NCBI GenBank assembly: GCA_951406725.2
Contig: OX597828.1
Coordinates: 36,332,001-36,396,000 of the forward strand
Length of the DNA: 64,000 nucleotides
Source: Octopus vulgaris
Lineage: Eukaryota
Reading direction: 5' to 3'
Positions within the stretch are counted from its first letter, which is position 1. Every line of letters begins with the position of its first letter. Made by a program: the position numbers and the translations under genes. The notes beneath the pieces were generated by a model that saw only the letters and a program-made list of their open reading frames with translations, made no database searches and was not told the DNA's origin. This document shows, one piece after another, positions 1 to 11,800 of this stretch.

Positions 1-871
1 GTTATACTCCACTGAGGCCTTGATATGTGCTTTGGAGATATCAGTAACTGTTGCTGGATGAAGGACTAATCGTTATGTCATCCTAGCTATGTTAACATAT
101 TGGCACCAGAGCCTCATTTCCCATTTTGTCCCAGGGTCCCATATGACATGTTAAGTTTTGATATGCCTGCCATATGTTTTCACTATATCATATGTGAAGC
201 AAGAATCACATATGTAGCGTTTTTCACCCACAACCCACTGGTGGGTCATCTGGTACCTTCTGTTTTGCTAATTATAATTTGTTTACTCAGTCTTTTATTT
301 TATCTCGTTACATGGTAAAATCCAGAATGATATAACATGAAAAAAACAAAAGAAAATTAAAAGAATTTATAAAAGATAGGCAAAAAAAATGTTGTTCTAA
401 TGTGCAATCATGGCATGCCTACTCTCAAAACAACTCATAGAAAAGAAATAATGAGATGACCCACGGGAGAATCATGTGGATCTTGCAAACATGCCGCTGG
501 AACCCTTCAATGGGTTGTGTGGGAGCCAATGTGTTAAGGATGTGCTTTTTCCAAAAGAGATCCTTGGTGCTAGTGAGTGCCAGTAACTGAAATGATTGTG
601 AGAGCTATACTAGACTAGTGCTACTCATAATTAAAGAGGTGGAGTGTGATGATTAATTTTGGATATGAGTGATGTTTGTATTTTCTTGCTTTTACTAAGT
701 GTCTCCAAGGCAAGAGCCCCACTGTGCGCACACACACACACACAAATATGTATATATATAATGATAATGGTATATAGAGAGAGAGATTTGCATATGTATA
801 TTTATGTACATATATACAAACATGTACATTTATATGTGTGTGTGTGTATATATATAAGTACATACTCTTGT

Positions 872-1243
872 TCTTTTTTTTTTACTTGTTTCAGTCATTT
901 GACTGTGGCCATGCTGGAGCACCGCCTTTAGTCGAGCAAGTCAACCCCAGGACTAATTCTTTGTAAGCCTAGTACTTATTCTGTTGGTCTCTTTTGCCGA
1001 ACCGCTAAGTTATAGGGACATAAACACATCACCATCTGTTGTCAAGCAATGTTGGGGGGACAAACACAGACTCACAAACATATACATATATACAATGGGC
1101 TTCTTTCAGTTTCCCTCTACCAAATCCATTCACAAGTCTTTGATCGGCCCGAGGTTATAGTAGAAGACACTTGCCCAGTGGGACTGAACCCGGAACCATG
1201 TGGTTGGTAAGCAAGCTACTTACCACACAGCCACTCCTACGCC
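872..1243 (-). mobile_element. tRNA-derived CORE-type SINE (family A)
   Basis: Minus strand reads GGCGTAGGAGTGGCTGTGTGGTAAG (A box) ... GGTTCAGTCCC (B box), CORE-like TGGGCAAGTGTCTTCTACTATA, an internal TA/TG microsatellite and tail ...CAAATGACTGAAACAAGTAAA; many similar copies in the window. Confidence 0.85.
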
Positions 1244-1309
1244 TATATGTATATGTTTTTTTACACAATTGCTTGAAAGTGCTTAGGTTGAAACCGAGAT
1301 AGTAGACAT

Positions 1310-1737
1310 TATATAACTTGGTTTAAGAAGAGACAAAATTTAGATAATCACCCTATATACATGATTTACATCAACATAATAAATACATAAAACAATAAAT
1401 ACAGCAAGACAAGGAACATATCAATATATTAATTAGAATGGAAATAAGAAATAGACATGAAAAAGATAAATGAATAAAGAGTGATGCATCAATAAAAAAT
1501 CGTTAAATCACTGCCGCCAATGTATCTTCCAACATTTTTCTTAATTTGACATTTTTAATCTTAAATTTAATGATTTTTAATCACTGTATCACTCCGTATT
1601 TATTTATCCTTTGCACATATATTTTTACTTCATGTATTTCTTGTTTCTATTCTGTTGTATGTATTTATTATGTTGCTGTAAATCATAAATATAGGATGAT
1701 TATCTAAATTTTGTCTCTTCTTAAACCAAGTTATATA
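1310..1737. mobile_element. Long-TIR foldback element / MITE
   Basis: TATATAACTTGGTTTAAGAAGAGACAAAATTTAGATAATCA at 1310 is the reverse complement of the segment ending at 1737; imperfect pairing continues for about 200 bp; TA-rich flanks. Confidence 0.75.
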
Positions 1738-1749
1738 TGATGATATATA

Positions 1750-2137
1750 CTCTTTTACTTGTTTCAGTCATTTGACTGCGGCCATGCTGGAGCACCGCCT
1801 TTTAGTCGAGCAAATCAACCCCGGGACTTATTCTTTGTAAGCCCAGTACTTATTCTATCGGTCTCTTTTTGCCGAACCGCTAAGTGACGGGGACGTAAAC
1901 ACACCAGCATCGGTTGTCAAGCAATGCTAGGGGAACAAACACAGACACACAAACACATATATATATATATATATACATATATACGACAGGCTTCTTTCAG
2001 TTTCCGTTTACCAAATCCACTCACAAGGCATTGGTCGGCCCGGGGCTATAGCAGAAGACACTTGCCCAAGATGCCACGCAGTGGGACTGAACCCGGAACC
2101 ATGTGGTTGGTTAGCAAGCTACTTACCACACAGCCAC
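1750..2137 (-). mobile_element. Family A CORE-SINE, young copy
   Basis: Near identical to copies at 25939, 38670 and 39530; CpGs retained. Confidence 0.9.
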
Positions 2138-2723
2138 ACATGTATTTACATACATATATTTATATATACATGTGTATAAACGAATAAGGGGAATAAACGA
2201 ATAAGATTCATGGAAAGGTTCAATTACATATCAATTGATTTCAGGATTACAGGGAAATTCCCTTTTCCCATCATCATTGGAATATAACCCAATGCACATA
2301 AACATGAACAATTATATATACCACAGAAACACAAATGGATTCACAGTGCAAATACAACTCTTCGTACTTATATACAAATTAAAATTCAAAAATCTAGTTT
2401 ATTTATCTCAACCATGTGTGAATAACCAAATAATTCAGCAGTGAATAATTTTGGTTTAGGTGAAATTATAAATATTTTTAAAATATTTTAAAATTTATTG
2501 TGATATTTAAGGAAGTTTCGAACCATTTGGTATCTTCTTTTAGCATGTGGCTAAGCCTATGTACTTACGCACTTGCCCTTAATATAAATTTATTAACGTT
2601 ACTTTAACTGGTTATTACAGACAAACTACCTGGTAAAATCATATATAGATTTTATCCTGAATTTTAAAATATATATATGTATACATGTAAATGAATGCAT
2701 GTGTAAGCATTCATACACACACA

Positions 2724-2814
<91 letters not shown>

Positions 2815-2842
2815 ATATATATATATGTATGTGTATATACAT

Positions 2843-2998
2843 GGAGTGGTTGGCGTTAGGAAGGGCATCCAGCCGTAGAAACACTGCCAGATCTGACTGG
2901 GCCTGACGAAGCCTTCCAGCTTCACAGACCCCAGTTGACCCGTCCAACCCATGCTAGCATGGAAAGCGGACGCTAAACGATGATGATGATGATGATGA

Positions 2999-2999
<1 letters not shown>
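2843..2999 (+). mobile_element. 5'-truncated RTE LINE 3' tail inside a (TA)n tract
   Basis: GTGGTTGGCGTTAGGAAGGGCATCCAGCCGTAGAA...(TGA)n; the same tail follows the RTE ORF end at 44016-44806. Confidence 0.8.
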
Positions 3000-3190
<191 letters not shown>

Positions 3191-3329
3191 TAAATATTAG
3201 TTTCCTACCAATATGGATCAAATCATGTTAAATTAGTGGACACCATCTGCTGAGGTAGGTTCCTCATGTAGTATAGCATGACATGAATTGAATCTTCAAT
3301 ACAAACCCATCGTGATTGAGGCAGTAGTT

Positions 3330-3830
3330 TTAATCTATAGACCCAACTCTTAGCATCATACTGGAACTTTATACTTGCATTCATATAACGACTATTCAAA
3401 CGAAAATTTTACAACTACTAATCTTCCTTAACCCTTTAGTGTTCAGATTATTCCATCAAACATAATGCCTATTGATTCCCATAGATTTGAATTAATCATG
3501 CATTATCTCATATCTTCAAGATCTTGATGGTGTAATTACTTAATGTAGAATAACATTGTAGGGTAGGTGTGAGAGCCTGGATCTGGTCAGTTTGAACATA
3601 AAGCAGATGAAATATTTTGGCCGGATATGGCCGGTTTAAATACTAAAGGGTTAAGGTATATTGAGGAACTGAGTGCAGCAAAACTTTCAAAATATGTCTC
3701 ATCTTTAAAAGAGAAAGTTGTGAACTAATCAACTGGTGAATTGTTGGAAAATACAGGCTTTATATAAATGGCAGCAAATAATGTGGTCTTTGTACAGCTG
3801 AAAAAAAAGATTAATTCTGAAAAACCCATT
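3330..3830 (+). pseudogene. Penelope-like element GIY-YIG endonuclease remnant, split by a TTAA MITE
   Basis: Frameshifted translation LFKRKFYNY*SS|LRYIEELSAAKLSKYVSSLKEK..W*IVGKYRLYINGSK*CGLCTAEKK matches the PLE pattern FK.RFYNH.SSF...T.LSKYIW.LK...W.I...Y....C.LC..EK. Confidence 0.65.
3432..3650. mobile_element. piggyBac-type MITE (219 bp)
   Basis: TTAA at 3428-3431 and 3651-3654; ends CCCTTTAGTGTT / AATACTAAAGGG; second copy at 54808-55473. Confidence 0.85.
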
Positions 3831-4436
3831 GACATCAAAGGTATCTTTGCATACTACATCGGTAGCAATCACTATTGCAAGTGTGTCTATAGTCTCATTT
3901 TATGTAACTGAACTCATCCTGAATCAAACTGTGTATGCATCCAGATCAGGGCAACAATGGCTGAGATGCAGAATTTCCATTTCCTATTTCTTAACACAAT
4001 TATTTTATTTTTCTTCCATTTGTTTCCCTCTGTTTCCATTTTCTTTCTTCCTTTTTACTTTCCCTTCTACTCTTCCTGAATTTAATCTCTATTATCAAAC
4101 TGCACATCACCTCTATCGTATATTGAGTATTTTTCTTTAATTTAATTATTTTATAAATTCTCTAAGATGAGAACCCTGTATCTGCTGCAACACTGATTTC
4201 TTAGAAACATCAGCTTGCCTACTTAAAGGGCATATTTTCAAGTGAAAGGTTTTCTTATTCTTCGCCACTGTTTATACTTGGCTACTTGGCCTTTGCTATC
4301 AGCCTCAGTGCAACCAGCACTGATCCTACTTGCCCCTTCTAAATCTGTTGAATCAAAATTACTTGAGTCTATATATCAAAATCCTCTAATTTTGCAAAAA
4401 AATGACATCTTACAGACTGTTGGATTTAAAGGATAT

Positions 4437-4575
4437 TCATGGCTGTGTAGTAAGAAGTTTGTTTCTCAACCACATGGTTCCTAGTTCAGACCAGTTGTCT
4501 TCTGCTATAGCCCCAGGTTGACCAAAGTCTTGGGAGTAGATTTGGTAGGCAGAAACTGAAAGAAGCTCGTAGTAT
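4437..4575 (+). mobile_element. Family A SINE head; probable tail at 7760-7995
   Basis: CATGGCTGTGTAGTAAGAAG...GAAACTGAAAGAAGCTCGT stops at the internal microsatellite position. Confidence 0.75.
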
Positions 4576-4693
4576 ATAATCTTACATATTAAAACTGAAA
4601 ATGTCTGTCTGTGTGTGTGTGTATCTGTATGTCCTCATTTTGTGACAAAACGGCTCGGCCAGTTTTTCTTAAACTTCACATGCAGACTACTTA

Positions 4694-4780
4694 CCGTAAA
4701 TCCTTGAGTATAATCCGCACTTTTTTCCCAAAATTTAAAGGTCAAAATCCCTAGTGCGTATTATATACGAGGTTAAAAAT
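4694..4780 (+). mobile_element. Tc1/mariner-superfamily MITE-like terminus (one end only)
   Basis: TA|CCGTAAATCCTTGAGTATAATCCGCAC ... GTGCGTATTATATACGAGG internal inverted motif. Confidence 0.35.
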
Positions 4781-5019
4781 GAAAAATATTTTCTAAGCAA
4801 TGTCCGAGTCTCTATTTGTTGTCCGGCAATATTTATTCAGACACATTTTGTGATGTCGGGTGCGAAAATACCTTAAGCTAAGCCTGAAAGCAATGAAGTA
4901 ATAAAAGAATCATCCATAACTTGCAGTAAGCAACATTTATTAAAATAAAAGTATTCAGAACACAAAATAACATGTATCAAAAACAATTTGCAAACATATT
5001 TACATTCCCATATAACAGT

Positions 5020-5534
5020 TAAGAACATCCCTGCCCATTCAAAGTACCTTGGATCCCAGAACATCTCGCTGTGCTTGAGGAGACCTGTTGAGTCAAGTGC
5101 ATGTACATGAACATCGAAACAAATATCAATGGAAATAGTAGTTGTGATACCTGTGCCGGTGGCACATAAAAAGCACCATCCGAACGTGGCCGTTGCCAGT
5201 GCCGCCTCGACTGGCTTCTGTGCCGGTGGCACATAAAAAGCACCATCCAAACGTGGCCGATGCCAGCGCCTCCTTGGCTGGCTTCCGTGCCGGTGGCACG
5301 TTAAAAGCACCAACCGATCGTGGCCGATGCCAGACCCCCCTGGCACCTGTGCAGGTGGCACGTAAAAAGCACCCACTACACTCGCGGAGTGGTTGGCGTT
5401 AGGAAGGGCATCCAGCTGTAGAAACACTGCCAGATCAGACTGGAGCCTAGTGCAGCCTCTGGCTTTCCAGACCCCGGTCGAACCATCCAACCCGTGCTAG
5501 TGCGGAAAACGGACGTTAAATGATGATGATGATG

Positions 5535-5535
<1 letters not shown>
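5020..5535 (+). mobile_element. RTE LINE 3' UTR fragment with 67-bp tandem repeats
   Basis: Units starting CTGTGCCGGTGGCAC at 5151, 5218, 5285 and 5347, then the GGAAGGGCATCCAG tail and (TGA)n. Confidence 0.8.
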
Positions 5536-5609
<74 letters not shown>

Positions 5610-5929
5610 GATATGTTTGTATATATATATATATATATATGTATGTATATATATATATAGATATGTATGTATATATATATATAGATATGTATGTATATAT
5701 ATAGATATGTATGTATGTATATATATATATAGATATGTATGTATGTATATATATATATAGATATGTATGTATGTATATATATATATAGATATGTATGTAT
5801 ATATATATATATATATAGATATGTATGTATGTATATATATATATAGATATGTATGTATGTATATATATATATATATATGTATGTATATATATATATATGT
5901 ATGTATATATATATATATATATATGTATG

Positions 5930-5962
<33 letters not shown>

Positions 5963-6034
5963 ATATATATATATATGTATGTATATATATATATATATGT
6001 GTATGTATATATATATATGTATGTATATATATAT
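5536..6034. repeat. Compound (TG)n then (TA)n/TATG/TAGA microsatellite
   Basis: Direct inspection. Confidence 0.95.
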
Positions 6035-6379
6035 GGTCATGGCTGTGTGGTTAGGGAGCTTGCTTCCTAGCTACATGGTTTCGGGTTCAGTCCCACTGCG
6101 TGGCACTTTGGGTAGGTGTCTTCCACTATAGCCTCGAGCCGACCGGAGCTTTGTGATTGAATTCGGTAGGTGGAAGTTGCTGCCGTGTGTGTATGTGTGC
6201 GTGTAGCTGCTCAGTGCCTCTCCGAAAGAGAGAGAAGGTATGTATGTATATATATATATATATATATGTATGTATATATATATATATATGTATGTATGTA
6301 TATATATGTGTATACATATATATATATATATATATATCCACCTATATATATATATAGAGAGATATGTGTGTGTGTGTGT

Positions 6380-6766
6380 GCTTTTGTTATATGACACCAT
6401 ATTTTACAATCCTGTAAATAATAATAATGGTATTTTTATATAAGCTTAAAGTTTATGGCATTCACTGTGCAATGACTAAGGAAAATAGTCTAATAATGGG
6501 GCATATTAGCCCTCGACAGAAAAATGAAGGATTTCCCATCTGCATGTAAAGGTAACACACTTAGGCATGTTAACAAAGGGATGTAGGTTCATGTCCCACG
6601 CGGATGGGAAAGCCTTCTTTTTTTCTGTTGAGGGCTTATATGCCCCATTATTAGACTATTTTCTTAGTCATTGCACAGTGAACAGCATAAGTTTAAAGCT
6701 TATATAAAAGTACCATTTTTATTGTTATTTACAAGATTGTAAAATACAGCACCATATAACAAAGCC
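6380..6766. mobile_element. Long foldback element / MITE
   Basis: Arms of about 165 bp, e.g. CACTGTGCAATGACTAAGGAAAATAGTCTAATAATGGGGCATAT vs ATATGCCCCATTATTAGACTATTTTCTTAGTCATTGCACAGTG; loop about 50 bp. Confidence 0.85.
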
Positions 6767-6778
6767 ATTCACACCGAA

Positions 6779-6827
<49 letters not shown>

Positions 6828-6915
6828 TTATTATAGCCTTAGGCCAACCAAAACCTTGTGAGTGGATTTTGTACTCGGAAACTAAAAGAAGACTGTTGTA
6901 CATTTGTGTATATAT

Positions 6916-7493
6916 GGTTTCTGATTATAAATATCTTGGGTCATACATATCATCATCTGGAAAAGACTTTCTAACTAGAAAGGGTATGGCCTGGTCAGCC
7001 TGTAATGACATGCATAAGATCTGATCATCAAATCTAAGTAGAGACTTCAAACTTGAAATATTCAAAGCCACAGTCGAACCAATTCTACTATATGGCTCAG
7101 AAACCTGGACGTTATCAAAGAAGCTTGAGAGGCGGTTGGATGGAACCTACACTTGCCTCCTTATGAGAGCTCAAAATCTCTCGTGGAAGCGCCATCCAAC
7201 CAAAATGCAAATATATGGGAAATTACCACCTGTGTCATCTCTTGTGAAAGGTAGGAGAGTCCAGTTTGCTGGACATTGTTGTAGAGCTGAAAAAGAAGTA
7301 ATTTCTACTCTTCTCCTCTGGAAGCCATCTACTCGCAATACCAGAGGGCGCACACTCTCCTACCCTGATATAATCTCCAGGGATACAGGCATCCAGCAAC
7401 AGGACCTCCGTAATGCTATGATGGACCGTGAAGTCTGGCGTAACATAGTAAATTCCATTGTCTCGAGCACGGTCGAACAATGATGATGATGAT
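6916..7493 (+). pseudogene. 5'-truncated RTE-like LINE, reverse transcriptase C-terminus
   Basis: DYKYLGSYI...TVEPILLYGSETWTLSKKLERRLDGTYT...RRVQFAGHC...MMDREVWR in one frame with a single stop at 7022; terminal TGA runs into a (TGA)n tail; inserted in the microsatellite of a family A SINE (6830-7700). Confidence 0.9.
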
Positions 7494-7759
7494 GTGTGTG
7501 CATGTGTCTTGTGTTTGTACCCCCACCACTGCTTGACAACTGATATTGCTGTGTTTACATTCCCATAACTTAGCGATTTGGTAAAAGACACTGACAGAAT
7601 GAGTACTAGGCTTACAAAGAATATATCCTGTGGTTGATTTCTTCAACCAATGGGCAGTGCTCCAGCATGGCTGCAGTCACATGACTGAAACAAGTAAAGC
7701 AATAAAAAATCTATGCCATTTTAATCCCGAGCAAGGCCGGGTATCTCTGCTCGTGTATA

Positions 7760-7995
7760 TAATGTGTGTGTGTGTGTGTGGTGTCTTCGTGTTTGTCCCC
7801 CCCCACCACCACCACCACCACTTGACAACTGGTGTTGTTTTACGTCACCATAACTTAGTGATTCGGCAGAAAGGAACTGATAGAATAAGTCCCAAGCTTT
7901 AAAAAACAAAAGTACTGGGGTTGATTTGTTTGACTAAACCTTTTAAGGCGATACCCCAGCATGGCCGCAGTCCACTGACTGAAACAAGTAAATGA
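7760..7995 (+). mobile_element. Family A SINE tail
   Basis: CTTGACAACTGGTG...GATAGAATAAGT...GACTGAAACAAGTAAA. Confidence 0.75.
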
Positions 7996-8821
7996 TAACT
8001 ACAAGAAGCCTCTTTCTAGTGAATTATCATATATCCATGACATACTGGATCCAACATGTTCCGGATATATGACAATTTGCTAAACGACTTTGTTTTAAAA
8101 AAATGACAAAAGGATTTGTTGAAAAACCTAAGAGTTCTAGGTATCATCTAAAAATAAACCAGGATCACTATCACATTTCATTATTAAATAAACACATTAT
8201 TGTTTTACCATGTGACAATTTTATTTTTGCTTTCTCAGCAATGATTCTGCCTTAAAAAAGTTGCTATGTTTTTTGTTTATTGTGAGGTTGGTAATAGGAA
8301 TGGCAATAATGAGAAGCAAGCAGTCGCGCTTCGAGCGACTTTCTGTATATTCAACTTCATACGGGGAATAATAACGTACATAGGAAAAGAATAAATAAAA
8401 ACATTTACTAACAATAGTACATATAGACATGTGAGCAACATTTTTCAGGTGAAACATGTTGGAGGAGAACATGAGCGTTTTTTACCTGAAAAAAAAAGTT
8501 CTTTTAATGGACCAAAAAAAAATAAAAAGTAGTATAATAGAACAAGCTGATTAAGCTAATTAGTAATGTAATTAAGAAATTACAATGCTGGTACAACAAA
8601 AATATTGCAAATAAAAAAAACGTTTGATACAAAATGTCAATATTTGATGACATTTTTGCTGAACTCAGAACAGAAGAGGCCTCTTATTCTTTCTGAAGCC
8701 AAATATGTTGGTAATCTTAGCAACATTTTAATGTAGAACTGCATATTTATGCACCCCTTTAATACAAATGAAAACCAAATGATACGATCTTGTCTCATAA
8801 TATTGTGTAGATAAATCTTCA

Positions 8822-9146
8822 ATCTTCTGAGGGTTCTAAAAGAATACCCTGAAGAACATGACAGGAATCAAAGGTAAAAGTAGTATCAAATGTTGAAAAC
8901 CTAAGCATCTTTACTCAAAAAGTAACTACAACAATCTTTGACCGAAGTTTTATCACTCTCTTTTACTCCACAGCCTGCATGCCCATGCCACTGCATTCAA
9001 TTAAACTATGAGAAGTACAAATGATAATATAAGTTAGAAGGGTTATGTAGATCAAACATTTGATACTACTTTGGAACTGTCATTCAACTTTTACCTTTGA
9101 TTCCTGTCATGTTCTTCAGGGTGTTCTTTTAGAACCCTCAGAAGAT
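8822..9146. repeat. Inverted repeat with 59-bp near-perfect arms
   Basis: 8822-8880 is the reverse complement of 9088-9146 with one mismatch; a further 16-bp match at 8879-8894 / 9055-9070. Confidence 0.9.
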
Positions 9147-9151
9147 CAAAC

Positions 9152-9377
9152 AAGGCGGCGAGCTGGCAGAATCGTTAGCACGCCGGGCGAAATGCGTAGC
9201 CGTATTTCGTCTGCTGTTACATTCTGAGTTCAAATTCCACTGAGGTCGATTTTGCCTTTCATCCTTTCGGGGTCGATAAATTAAGTACCAGTTACGTACT
9301 GGGGTCAATATAATCGACTTAATCCCTTTGTCTGTCCTCTCTGTGTTTAGCCCCTTGTGGGTTGTAAAGAAATAGGT
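9152..9377 (+). mobile_element. tRNA-derived Meta-type SINE (family B)
   Basis: AAGGCGGCGAGCTGGCAGAA head, GAGTTCAAATTCC B box, Meta-like GCCTTTCATCCTTTCGGGGTCGATAAATTAAGTACCAG. Confidence 0.85.
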
Positions 9378-9423
9378 AATGTAGATCAAACTAACCAATT
9401 AGAGAATGGAAGTTTGTCAAATT

Positions 9424-9850
9424 AAAATTTTCGTATCTCTTGCACCACATAAACTTGTGGAGATTCAAGTCAACCATAGAATGGTGGGTTCCACTGCGTC
9501 GTTTATTACTTCATTTTACAGAGGCTCGGGTGTTTTCCACTTTTTGTGTATGGGTATCATCTGTGTGGTTAACTGTTCTGCGTTGAAAATTATAACCATC
9601 ATTTTCAGGTATATGAGAGTAGACCCTCCACAAGTCACTGAAAATTATGGCTCCTGGAAGAATCGATTGATGTATGCATTCCTCCAATGTGTCTCAATCC
9701 TGACATGGCACTGCATAAAGAAAAGTGTGTTTGGTCTCATGACACACTCCTCTGAAAATGCATTTCTCAGGTTGCAGCCTTTCTCAATTGTATTTACCTC
9801 TTGAGAAGACTGTTTTGTCTATCTCAACAATCCTCCCATAGCAGACTCTA
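9424..9850 (-). pseudogene. Merlin / IS1595-like (ISXO2-type DDE) transposase remnant
   Basis: GRIVEIDKTVFSRGKYN*..IFRGVCHETKHTFLYAVP..ILPGAIIFSDLWRVY..TVNH..HTQKVENT..FMW matches Merlin motifs VEIDE..RKYNRG, WVFGG, I.SD.W.AY, VNHS, HTQ.IE. Confidence 0.85.
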
Positions 9851-10565
9851 CCTTGGCTTGTCATTATGGAAACAGGCGCCAATATGTCTGTGGATTTTGA
9901 TTGGTTAAAATTACTCAAAATTAGTAAACTTTAAAAGCTATTAACTTTTTATTTATTAATTTATGGCAAAAATGAATTTCATTTCCATAATTATCATACA
10001 AAACTACATTAATACACCAAATTTGAAGTCAATTGGAACAAAATTAAAAGAATTAAAAAATGTGAGCCGAACAGAAAAGACCCCATGGATTTAATGAACT
10101 ATTTTTAACTATGATAAAATGTGAACCTAGTGCCCTGGGAAGCAACAGAATGCGTACTCTCCTGTTGTGGATGACAGATTAGGGTGCCACAATGTCTTGC
10201 TAAATCTGTACAGCCTATTTGTTTGTGTTATACACTAGCTTACACTCCCCATCAAATCAACTTTGCCTGACTAGTGCACGGTATGCCACACGTTAGACAT
10301 TGAATGAATTCAGAGCAACGTGAGTGTTTTGCCTAAGAATACAACTTACTACTGGGGCCAGGAATGGAAACCACTATTTTGTGAGCATGAGTGCAACTCC
10401 TTAACTAGACTACATGCCCTTGCTACTTGTCAATAATAACAATGCAAATAAATCATGCAATAGAAAAGCTAGCATAGTAACTTCATGAAGATACAGTAAA
10501 ATGAGTGAATTTAATTTTACTGATGGCGTTATTGAGAGTCCAATCACATGTTACTGCAAAGTTAA

Positions 10566-10670
10566 CCTTTAGCACACTGTAGGTGCATCATGTCACCGTA
10601 TGAGTTTTCTCCCCTATAGTATCAGCATGGCAGGGGAAACAATTCTAGAGAAAATGCAGTGTGCTAAAGG
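10566..10670. mobile_element. 105-bp TTAA-flanked mini-MITE
   Basis: TTAA|CCTTTAGCACACTG ... CAGTGTGCTAAAGG|TTAA; perfect 14-bp TIR. Confidence 0.8.
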
Positions 10671-11414
10671 TTAATGTATTGTGCTTATTAGTGAATTGAA
10701 AAATGACTGATACTTCTCGATGCATGTGGAAATCATGAGAATAACAGATGTTAAAGAAAAGGGAAAGAAAATGTAAGTTTAAGAAAGATATTATTTAGCA
10801 TACTTAACTGTTGAATCCTGTTTAAGAAATTAACATGGAACAAACACACTATAGAGACAAATTAATGAGATCTGCCATGGAAACACTTTGAGAAAATCAT
10901 GATTTCTGCTAATGTAAAATGATGGATGTGGAATGAATTGTGTGTAATTGGGGTTGTATTGTGATAAAAGTTTACAAACTCAGGCAATGTTGCTAGGGAC
11001 CAAAGCTTACTCTAGCTTGTGCTGCCATTGCACAGCAGCCTAAACTCTCTCAAACTACACCCTTCCATCTCAAAGAGGAAGAACACTTTGGATATTGTAA
11101 CCTGGAGTATAGTAGTTATGGGAATAAATCGGAATAGTCATGGATCTGCTCAGACTCGTCACCAGACTTTGGAACCTGAGAGTTTCAAAATAAGTATATC
11201 ACTGTAAATCCAAGGATTCACCAATGAATAGTGAAGGGGCAGTGCCATCCATGCACAGTGACGGGTATGGGTCTACTCAGGGATCTACAAAATAACTTAT
11301 ACCCTCAAAACCTCATGATTTTTATTTTGACAAAGCTCATATCTCCTTCACAGAAGGAGATAGGGGCTGCTGTGACCATCATGCTTTTCTGAAGAACCTA
11401 GGCAATGTCTCATT

Positions 11415-11800
11415 TATTTCAGTCATTGGGTTTTGACCATGCTGGGGCACTGCTATACAGGATTCAGTTGACTGAATCAATTCCAATACTTTAAAAAGCT
11501 TGATACTTATTGTGTCAGGCTCATTTACCAAACTGCTAAGTTATGGGGGTGTAAACAAACCAACATCGATTGTCAAGCAATGAGGGGAGACAAAAGCGTG
11601 CATGCACTCACACACACATACACAAACGCACACACAAAGGGCTTCCTTCAGATTCTACCTACCAAATCCCCTCACCATGCTTTGCTCGGCCTGGGGCTAT
11701 AGTACGAGTAGAAGACATTTGCTGAAGATGCCATGCAGTGGGACAGAACCTGGAAGCATGTAGTTAGAGAGCAAACTTCTTACCACACAGCCACTACTGT
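11415..11800 (-). mobile_element. Family A SINE, diverged
   Basis: Colinear with young copies, with CpG decay. Confidence 0.75.

Larger units (their letters stand above)
4580..7753 (+). mobile_element. Putative non-autonomous Helitron-like element carrying nested insertions
   Basis: 5' A|TC...ATATTAAAA...GTCTGTCTGTGTG...AAACGGCTCGGCCAGTTTT; 3' GC hairpin CCCG AGCAAGG CCGGG followed by CTCG|T (CTAG variant); no TSD. Confidence 0.45.

Noticed and set aside
5151-5375. CRISPR-like repeat-spacer appearance
   Set aside because: Spacers are homologous to one another, the context is eukaryotic, and no cas genes are present.
4873-5490. 205-aa ORF with repeated GAFYVPPA
   Set aside because: Antisense reading of the RTE 3' UTR tandem repeat.
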